From the human T2T-CHM13v2.0 reference genome, Homo sapiens, in NCBI RefSeq assembly GCF_009914755.1, contig NC_060937.1: a DNA stretch of 64,000 nt; one strand, 5' to 3'. The notes under the pieces are model-generated. The model had not been told where the DNA came from, searched no databases, and was given only the letters and a program-made list of their open reading frames with translations. Positions 53,827 to 64,000 of this stretch are shown here, in pieces (the stretch's first letter is position 1; the number at the start of each line of letters is the position of its first letter). A program made the translations under genes and the position numbers.

Positions 53827-55083
53827 TTATTTTGGAAGTGCCTCTGCTCTGCTGTCAGAGTGTGTCTGGTCCAGACTGTGTGAACAGCAAACATTGCGGG
53901 CACCATGAGAAAGGGTGTACCAATGTGTGATTCTTTCCTCTAGGGTGAGCTCAAGGCTCCCTGATTCTTTCTCACAGCTATTTTATCTTATGCTCTCTCA
54001 AGGAGGGGGAATGCTGCAGGCCTCTAATAGGGTCATCTTTCTATAGCTAGAGACTCGTGGGTATAAAGAAGCTGTTCCCAGAATTCAGCTAGCCATCTTA
54101 ATCCCTTCCTTCTGGCACTAGTGAAGTACTTTTCATTAGGTTGGCATGGTATGATCTGAGACTCAGTTTTAAACTTTGGGGCAAAAATAGGTGAATTAGG
54201 TTTCCTTCACTTCAGAGGTTCTTGTCCTTTGACCCTGTACCCCAAACCTCAAAAGGAGGCAAGAATCCTCTGTGTGGTCCAGCCAACATCACCATGGCTC
54301 TGCATTGAGGTTAGGGCATAACTCTATCTTATCAAAACTGAGGATTACTTTCCTTGACTTGACTGGCCAATGTCAATCCAAATTCTCTTGTCCAGCACTT
54401 TGCAAGAAGGATGATTGATTCATAGATGGTTTCTGAGTTCCTTAGCTAAAACAACCTCTTAATACACTCCTAGTCACACCATCATGAAGAAAATGTGTTT
54501 GCTAAGCTAACGAAGACAAGATGAGCATTGATTCTTTGAGGGGGTACCATTTATGTTTTTCCCACACTGTATCTTCACTGCCTTATACATAGTAATTGCT
54601 CAATATTTGTTTACTGAAATAATGAATATAAAACTGACCAGTAAAATCTCTAATTACCCTGTTCCCATGTTGGTGATGATAATGTGAGGCTGTGACAGAT
54701 GCTTTGCAGTGCCTGATAAGTACCCTACGCATTTCCCCAAACAGCCACAGCTACCAGCACTGACCCACTTCTGGCTGGTAGGAATTTGAGGAATTGGATT
54801 CTATAGCCCAAAGAATTAACAGGACAGGTGTTCATATTTAAGCCTGAATATTTTTTAAGTATTTCAAGAAGTCTTACTCAATAGTTACTTGGACATCTGG
54901 AAGAGGCAGCATTTTAAATCACTTCTTTATATGCATTATGCATATTGTACATATGAAGTTTGAAATAACTGTTTGTATTCTATATACAAATGGTTATATT
55001 TATAAACCAAAGACATCTCAGCTATATCTCAGTTGCATATTGAAATAATTGAGTGGGAACATCTTAAATTAACGTATTTGGGG

Positions 55084-55086
<3 letters not shown>

Positions 55087-55128
<42 letters not shown>
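55087..55128. repeat. (TG)21 microsatellite
   Basis: Perfect TG run. Confidence 0.95.
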
Positions 55129-55129
<1 letters not shown>

Positions 55130-55161
55130 CATTCACATTTAGAATTGTGTGCAGTGTGCTG

Positions 55162-55398
55162 AGGAGTTCAAAACCAGCCTGGCCAAGATGGTGAAACCCC
55201 GTCTCTACTAAAAATACAAAAAAATTAGCTGGGCACGGTGGCAGGCGCCTGTAATCCCAGCTACTCAGGAGGCTGAGGCAGGAAAATCACTTGAACCCAG
55301 GCTGCAGAGGTTACAGTGAGCCGAGATCATGCCACTGCACTCCAGCCCAGGCGACAGAGTGAGACTCTGTCTCAAAAAAGAAAAAAAAAAAAAAAAAA
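55162..55398 (+). mobile_element. 5'-truncated AluS
   Basis: aggagttcaaaaccagcctggccaagatgg through poly(A). CpG-decayed TSD-like agaattgtgtgcagtg / agaatcatgcgctgtg. Confidence 0.9.
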
Positions 55399-56167
55399 GA
55401 ATCATGCGCTGTGGCATATGGCTGCTGCTCTAGGCTTCTCCTGACACTGGATTCTTGTCTCCCCATTTCTGAATTCTTTTCCCAAGTAATTTTTCCTTCT
55501 ACTCACTGACCAGTGAGTGGCCTCATGTTCTCTCTATCTTCTGCCTCTATTAATCCTTAATCAGGAAATTATTTAATAAAATTTGTCATACTGAAATACA
55601 AATAATTTTTTTAAAAAATTTAATGTGATACTAACTCATAGTGGAATTTTCATTTGAGCAGGCACCAAGAAGCATTTGACCAAATAAATAAAATTTTAAT
55701 TGTGGAATGTTCCGGGTCAGTGGACTAGAGGAGGTATGTGGGAAGCAGTGTTGGGAGGAAAGTTAGGTGAATTTGAGAGACAACTTTCATATGTGTCTGA
55801 AATCAAACCTTTAGCTAGGTCAGGGCCACAGTGTCTGGTCTTCAGCTAGCCCAGCCTAGAGACTGCACTCTCTGCACCTTAGCTGGGGGCTCCTTTAGTG
55901 AGCAATTTCATGGAAGAATTAACAGCATATCCTTCAGAAATAACAACATCGGATTTGAAGATGAGCTCATACTTTCTAGCTCTTTAGGCTAGTTATACAG
56001 GCTTTCTCAGGGCTTATTTCCTTGTTTGTAAAATGTAAATAGGTTCATGTGAGGATGAGATGAGCTTTCTACACTGGAAACTAGTAAATGTTCAATAAAT
56101 ATTAGTGTATGTGTACTCAAGGGCATATGCACATGTGCATGCACACAAACACACAACAAAAATAAAT

Positions 56168-57584
56168 TACACCCACTCCCGAGTATTCGGTGTGAATGTT
56201 TCACTCTTCTTACAGGAGGCTGAGGAAGAACAGAAGTGTTATACATGACTACACTCAGAAAGACTGCCATAGGATAATCTCAATTTACAATTACCCAGCT
56301 TTCTTTTTGCCATGGTTATTTCCAGTGGATGTTATCACTGGAATCACTTTCAACTCTTCAGGAGGCCTAAAGAAGAAACCCCAGGAGGTAGAGATAGGAA
56401 GATAAGGGAAATAGGAAGCCCTGAGAGGCGAGTGGTGCTATCGTGGGATGAATAAATGGGACAACCACTGGAGGGATAAAAGCACGATGGGCTCAGGCAG
56501 AAAGTGATCAGGGCAGACAGAAGGAAAAGACAAATGGTACCCGTGCTGCATCCTGCCTCCATTCCAACCTCTGACTCACTAGTTTGTCATTTTAGGTGTT
56601 TGGATTTAAAAGCAGCACAAACACTGCCGTCAAAAACAGGATGTTACATTCATTGTAAATTAAATGTCTCTACTGAGTAGGTAACATTTCTAAGCTATTT
56701 GTACTCGGCAAACATGAAAAGAAGACATCCCTGAGTAGATTCTGTTTTTCCCCTGTGACTTTAATTGGACGGGAAGAGCACACACATTATCTTGAATTTT
56801 ATTTACCAATCCTAAATCAGGAAAGAAAGTTTCTGGAAGCACAGACACACGCTGAACAAGCAAGCCTGCCATAGAATTGCACTATATTGATTTGGTGCTA
56901 AAACAGAATGGAAGAGCTTTACTAAAATATTTCTGTTTAATCAACACTGAAGAGGACTGAACAAAGAGATATAAGGTCTGAACAGTTGTACTCCTTGAAG
57001 ATCTCTATTTGCAGTTTGGAGAAATCTGGTTGCACAGTAAAATCTTGATTTGTTGGAACTACTTGTGTATGTCTCTTGCAGAGCAATCTCACAGGAGAGA
57101 TTTAGTACAAATAGAAATTCCCAAAAAATCCAAGGACTAATACAGATTACATACAGCCTTCTCCACATCTCTAGGGTTTAGCACAGATAATTTTAACAAC
57201 TGAAGTTTGGAACAGACCCTGGGGACCAGCAAGAACTCCTGTAACCAAAAAACATTCAGCTTATTTTTTTTTTATACTCTATACATTAAGACAGGACTGT
57301 AGAACAACAAACTGAAGGAATTTTGGCAATTTAACTTCTGAAAGTAAAAACAAAACCAAACAAAATGTATTTGGTTTAATTTATGTCTACCTTAATGTTC
57401 AATTGATTAATACACCCACTCTGGAGTGTTCTGTTTGAATATTTCACTCTTCTTTTAAGAGACTAAGGAAGAATAGAAGCATTATACATGGCTACACCTG
57501 GAAAGACCTCCACAGGATAACCTCAATTTACAATTACCCAGTTTTCTTTTTTGCCCATGTTATTTCCAGTGGATGTTATCATTG
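56168..57584. repeat. Dispersed direct repeat of about 173 bp (56168-56340 and 57411-57584)
   Basis: Both copies run tacacccactc...tttcactcttct...ttatacatg.ctacac...aggataa.ctcaatttacaattacccag...ttatttccagtggatgttatca. Confidence 0.9.
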
Positions 57585-58538
57585 ACTGAGAAATTCCCAG
57601 TCCTCGTGACGTCTGCTAGATCGCCCTCCTTACTCTAACCCTTGGGGAACTCGATTTGCAATAGAGCATAGCTGCATAACATGCACAGGATAGAAACAGA
57701 GGGAAGAAGGAAACAGGGCACTTCCTCTCAGGAGGAGTTCTGGTGGGTTATGGTGTTCTTGGTGGTGGGAGGATGGAGGGAGCTGTGTGCAAAATCATCT
57801 TTCCTTGCCTGTAGCTGGTGTAGGAAGATGGAGCAGGGGATGCTTCAGCTTTGGAAGTCATCCCTGCCATGAATGATTGATTAAGGCCAGGATAGAAGGT
57901 GGTGCCTGGAAGTGTGGGTGACTCTGGTTTGGCCTAACTGATGGGGATAGAGGGGATCTTGAAGTGGGCACAGGGAGCAGCTCAGTTCATGAGTTATGAG
58001 AATATGGAGCATTAATATTAGAAATAGGAGCACTAATCCCAAATCCAGAGGTTATATTTGCTTGCAGTGTCCCTGGTTTCCCTACTGCTGTGGCAACAAA
58101 GTTTGATTTCTATGTCATCTATCTTTAGTCTTCTCTCCACCCTTACTTATGTTCACAAGTGCCAAACTCTCCTATAAATACCTTGTGGCTTAAAACAAAT
58201 TATGGTCATCCAGGAAAACCAATTCCACGTATAACATTAATTTCTGAGTTCCAAACACCTTGTTATTGGAACAAACCATTTGTAAATTGAGGTTGCAATG
58301 GATTAACTATTTTACATGCACAAATTGTATTTTTTTTCTTTTACACTAAACCTTTTGGGATTCTTCCCTTTAATACTGAAGCACATCATCTCTTGGCAAA
58401 AGGTTTATAGATGATTAGGACTGCCTGATTTCATTCGGCTTCACCGGATTACTGCTTGCCTGACTCAGACCTATCTTTAGATAATATATGACAGCATCTG
58501 CCCATCATCAGTACAAAGGGTTGTGTCTGTATATTTTA

Positions 58539-58614
58539 TTAGCCTGGTGCAAAAGTTATTGTGGTTTTTGCATTAAAAGTAATGGCAAAAACCACAACTT
58601 TTGCGCCAACCTAA
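58539..58614. mobile_element. MADE1 (Hsmar1-derived MITE)
   Basis: Palindromic ttagcctggtgcaaaagt...ttttgcgccaacctaa with TA duplications. Confidence 0.9.
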
Positions 58615-59496
58615 TAGTATCAGGTCATTGTTTTTGCTCAGTGAATTCTTCCTTTTTAAGCCAGTCTTATGTAATTCGTCTCTGGAGGCAGGTGCTAATG
58701 TATCTCATTGTATTAGGCATATGGTGAATAAAGAACTAAGATCCAGACAGGTTAATTAGCCTGACCAAGGTTACCTAGGGAGCTAGCATCTTTATTTTGG
58801 CATTACTGTTAATTTGAACAACAGCCCTTTTGACATGAAAGGGACTTAGAGACCATTTTCTAGAATTTCTTCTGTTTGGAGATAAGTAAGCCAAGATTGC
58901 AAAGGTTAAGTGACCTGCCCAACAGCTAACTGGTGTCAAGGTTACAGCTAGATGTGGGGTCTCCAGTCATTTAGTCCATAGTTCTGCTCATACTACCACA
59001 TACACATTCAACTCACACATTTCAGAATCTCCAAATAGCTGTTTTACTTAATGAGCAGGGAATGATCAACTTTAATGGGCATGAAGAAGGGATCTAGCTG
59101 CTAACACTGATATCCAATTATAGAGCACATGACCAGAGAATATATAATAACTCCCTTGAAAAACTGTAGAAAATTATCAACAATCCTAATAGCTTATAAA
59201 ACCAGCAAATTCTGACAGAAAGGAGAAACTGTTCACTCTTACCCTATGGGAAAAGGTGAATAGGGTGGCTGACTGAGAAAAATAAATCAGAGACTGGCAG
59301 GAGAAACTGTCCTTTCTGCCTTGGGAAGCAGCTGTGCAAGAACATGCTGTCTGGGCAGAGGCTGCCATCATGAAGAACCATGCCTGAGGTTAATAGCCAA
59401 TATGCTGGGGATGGCAGAAGAGAAAGCAGAAAGACTTGGGTCCCTGACGATATGGTTCACTCACTGAGTTGACTCCTCATCTGTTGATTTCTTATC

Positions 59497-59696
59497 ATGT
59501 AATGTGCTGGAGTTAGCTCTTATGGTAAGAAATGATTGTGTGCATCTCTTTCCACTTCTGCTTTCAGTAACTGTGTTAGTCCCATAAAATCATCCATGAT
59601 GGGTGTATTTACAACACGGAACTTGCAAATGCTACAAATCAAGGATTTTAATTCACTGGAGAGTCAATCGTTAAATATTTACCAGTGGACCACTGG
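59497..59696 (+). mobile_element. MER63A-like hAT element
   Basis: tgtgctggag...tatttacaacacggaacttgcaaatgctacaaatcaagg...gttaaatatttaccagtggaccactgg. Confidence 0.65.
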
Positions 59697-60402
59697 ATAT
59701 AATACACTCTTAATATTTAATTCACTTTTAGTTGTATGCTCTGGTACTTGTAATTGCAAGCATACTAATTGATGCACCAGCCTTGCCTTGAAAAGCTTAT
59801 CTGTACTGTACTTAACTATAGATCAAATAGTGAAATAGAGTTACCCTAGATGCTTGCTGCTATGGAATACATTCCAATGGGGACACATGTCTCACACTAC
59901 CAACAGAGAAAGTGTAATCACAATTGTCTCATTCAGTTGGAACTTCCCGTTCTAGATTGACCCAATAGCCAAAGGCTTTGGAATGGATCTTTTGGTAACT
60001 GTCCCATTGTGGGCTCTGGTGGATGTGTAATAAAGTAATAAAAGGGGGATCTATGTGGGAGAAAGAACTCTCCAAGGTTGGTAGCAACCAGGATGCAGGG
60101 TTTACAGAAGGGAATTAGCAGGAGTTTAAGAGCCCTGGATTGCTCAAGCAGCATCAGAAGCACCCTAAAAGTCCTTCAAGGCTGGGATGATACACAAGAA
60201 ACACTGACTTCCAAGTTTCACATGAGGTCCCAGAAAGCATGGACTACATTATGCTTATTTCCTTTCATGGGCTGAAAACAGTAATACCCAACAGAGGACA
60301 AGCAGGGGACTCAAGGACGTTAATACAATGTAGAATAAAAGCAAGTTACTGAATTTCAGTAAACCAGAATTCTAATGTTAATTGTTTTGTCTTATTTGAA
60401 TC

Positions 60403-60545
60403 AATTTTTAATTTTTAATGTTTTGGGGTATATAATAGGTATATATATTTATGGGGTATATGAGCTATTTTAATACAGGCATACAATGTGTAATAATCAC
60501 ATCAGGGTAAATAGGATAACCATCACCTTGAGTATTTGTCCTTTT
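60403..60545 (-). mobile_element. L1MA 3' end fragment
   Basis: aggtatatatatttatggggtatatgag...aatgtgtaataatcacatcagggtaaat. Confidence 0.8.
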
Positions 60546-62769
60546 AACTCACGGCTTGTTTCCCGTATTTTAAAATAAAGTGTTGGACTAAATGTTTTCA
60601 AATAATTCTTTCATTTGTGAAGCTATTTCCAAGAGGTAATGCTTACATGATTCTTTAAAGGTCATCATTCATTTGTTTATTCAAAAACTCTTTAGTGAGT
60701 GAGTACATTATTTGCATAATATACCAGTCTTTGGCCAATCATACCGAAGCCATGTGACCATGGCTTAATCTATCTGAACATCATCTGTTACATCATTGGT
60801 GAAATGGGCATAATGATATGGTTTTTAGAGGTAATTAATAAGATTGTTTTAAAGTATTTTATAAAGTTAAAATCCTATAAAAAGGGATCACTGTTAGTAT
60901 CACTATCACTACTCATAGCGAATATTTATCATTTTGGGGGGTGTCCAGTATTTATCTTCATTCCTCCCCTTTTTAAATTATAGCCTGCCAATTTCCCTCT
61001 GAAGAGAACACTCAATTGTGTGTAGGTCTTAGATGGAGGGTAGTTACCGCCGCCAGCCTCTTATCACCTCCCACTGCTGCCTCTCTCATAGAACCTGATG
61101 GAGTTTCATTGGCCAGTTAGACATTCCCTCCAGGGACTTTAATTCTTTGAATACTTATCAATTGACTCACATTAGTAGCAGATGTTTGGAGGCTAGTTTC
61201 ATGGGGGCAGCTGCAGCCCAAGGATCATATAGTCTCTGCCTTGTGCCCAAGGCTGTGGTTTGGCATCTAGAACTTCCTTGGTTTTTCAGTTTTCCCCAAT
61301 TAGGTTTTGGTGTTTTTTTGTGAGAAAAGGTCTTGTCCAAGACACTGGGAAGCATATCCTCATCAGCAAAGATGCGGTATTTTGTTTTTAATTTGTTGTT
61401 TCTACCTAACTTGGAAAACAAAATCAGCACCCCACCCCACCCCCGCAAAAAAAAGACATACAACTTTTGAGAACAAATGGTGTGACTAATGTATATTTAA
61501 GACAGTCTGATGAAGATAATTATAAACTCAACGTTAAAAGGAAGATGATTGTTGTTAGTTCCCTTTAGTGAATATAGTTGTATCTGAGTCATACTGTTAA
61601 ATTAGCTGCAGGCTCAAGTGAGAGACAGGCATTCTAAGATGACATGAAAGTGATTCTGCATGCCACAAGCATGTGATTCCTCTGCTTGAAAGAGAAATCA
61701 GCAGGTGTAGATACAAGACAATATATCTTTGCCAGGCTACTTTGTATGCATTACCTATAAGCCCCAAAGTGAGGCTTTGTAAGAGACTTAGTAAACATAA
61801 GTTCAGAGTTGTAATTATCTATTTGTCATTTATTGACAGAAGGAAACTTTGGTCTCTAACACAAACTGTCCTGTCCTTTAGTTGTCAGGATGAATCAGCT
61901 GTCTCCCTAAGCATGTTTGATTGATCATTTGCTTAACATCATTTAAAAGAAACAGACAAGATGTGAGAATGACACTCTGGATTGAATTTTCAGTGTAAAA
62001 GACATAATGCTGTTAATTCAGGGGCAATATGGCCAAACTATATTTAATTTCACATTATTTTTTTGAATGTCTTCTCAGGATCTCTTTCAAATTGGACAGA
62101 GATTGCATGCTCTATAGGATAATGGGATATAGTAATTGACATCCTCATGTTGATATCAAGCTATTCTTTTCAGGATCTACTAGTTCAGAATAATGATAAC
62201 AAGAACAAGATTTGCCAAGTGTAGGAGTCATTCTGAAGTTTGCATATATTATCTGATCAAATCCTAACAACAGCTCTGGGAGTTTGGTACCTTTTAAATC
62301 TATAATTTATGGATGAATGAGTGAAAGCTCAGAAATGTTAAGAAATGCTTTCCTATTCAGAGCCTCTAAGTAACAGACTAGGTTACATCTGTTCAGAAAC
62401 TTTGCTCTAACATGCTGCTGCCTCAAGAGACTAGGACCTTACATTCCACCACTGTTAAATCTCCCTGTTATTTCACTCATTTGATAGAACGAATAATGGT
62501 TTTTCTTTGGTTTTAGGAAAGCTACATTATAAACTTGACTACTAAGTCATAGGGAGAAGACTTTATAGTCATTTACCTTGGTCATCTGTGATCATGGGGA
62601 ATGAAGAGAGCAGGGATAATTTCAAATCTCTTTCCCCACCATGGAGCATCATTGCCCAGAGTGATCAATTTAGAGACAAGCATCATATGTAGTCACCACT
62701 GGAAAGTCACGAGGCATATTATCATGATAAGGGGTCTGAAAGGTACTGCAGAAAAACCCTGACTCTTCT

Positions 62770-63082
<313 letters not shown>

Positions 63083-63329
63083 TAACCTAGCTTTCCCCAA
63101 ACTTTTGACTTTGTGACCTTTAATCTATTGATTGTATTTCTTAAATAATAATAATATCCAATAGTACTGCCACGACACAGACACAAGATGGGAAACAAAG
63201 AACACACAGAAATGACTTGAGTTTAATGTCTCCAGAACTGTCTTTATTTTACACTCAACGGAGAAGCAGTGTAATTCATACATAAATAGTCATATTAAAA
63301 ATACAGAACAGGTACACATGTGCCACTAT

Positions 63330-64000
63330 AGCATTTTTTATAATGGCCACATTGTGATATAATCATATACTTTAAAATTTACCTATTCAAGTGTAAAAGT
63401 AAGTGGTTTGTAATATATTTACAGCTGTGAAACTATCACCAATATCTCATTTTAGAACATTTCATCACCCCAAAAGGAGAGCCCATACCAACTATAACAG
63501 CAGTTACTCTCTAGTCCCCTTTTGCCCAAGCTCCTGGTAAATACTAATCTACTTCCATTCTTTATGAATTGGCCTATTCTAGACATTTCATATAAATGGA
63601 ATCATACAAGATATAGTCTTTTGTAACTGTCTTCTTTCACTCAGCATAAGGTTTTCAAGGTTCATCCACATTGCAGCATATATCAGTACTTCATTCTTTT
63701 ATATTGCCAAATAATATTCCATTATAGAGATATACCACATTTATTTATCCGTTCACCTGTTGATAATTCCGCTTGTTGGTTATTAAGAATAATACTGCTA
63801 TGAGCATTCATGTACACATTTTTGTGTGAGCATCTGTTTTTCTGTTCCTTTGGGTACACATTTAGGGGTGAAATTGCTGGGTCACAGGGTGAAACTATGT
63901 TTAACTTTCTGAAGAACTGCCAGACTGTTTTCCAAAGTGGCTGTGCATTTTATGTTCCTACCAGCAGTGTATGAGTGTTCTGATTTCTCCACATCCATAC
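63330..64000 (-). mobile_element. L1MB 3' region running off the window
   Basis: ttttagaacatttcatcacccc...ctattctagacatttcatataaatggaatcatac...aactgccagactgttttccaaagtggctg. Confidence 0.88.

Overview
This is primate, probably human, non-coding genomic DNA: AT-rich and dense in Alu, L1, LTR and DNA-transposon relics, with no recognisable intact host protein-coding gene. The ORF track is almost entirely repeat-derived or chance. The standout is an ancient minus-strand ERV-L provirus relic at about 22015-27955 (LTR, PPT, dUTPase, IN, RNase H, RT, PR, gag). Its gag region contains about 0.7 kb of foreign, decayed coding sequence (about 27150-27831, minus strand). After repairing stops and one or two frameshifts, this insert aligns colinearly, by my manual comparison from memory, with the bornavirus nucleoprotein, making it a candidate endogenous bornavirus-like N element (EBLN). 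It has no poly(A) or TSD and is co-oriented with gag. Other oddities are a local inverted duplication (501-645 vs 1595-1780), an L1 made of 5'UTR joined to 3'UTR, a 173-bp dispersed direct repeat, and a GC-rich exon-like island bracketed by a self-complementary 19-bp repeat. Repeat family names come from recalled consensus sequences, and boundaries are approximate unless a TSD is quoted.
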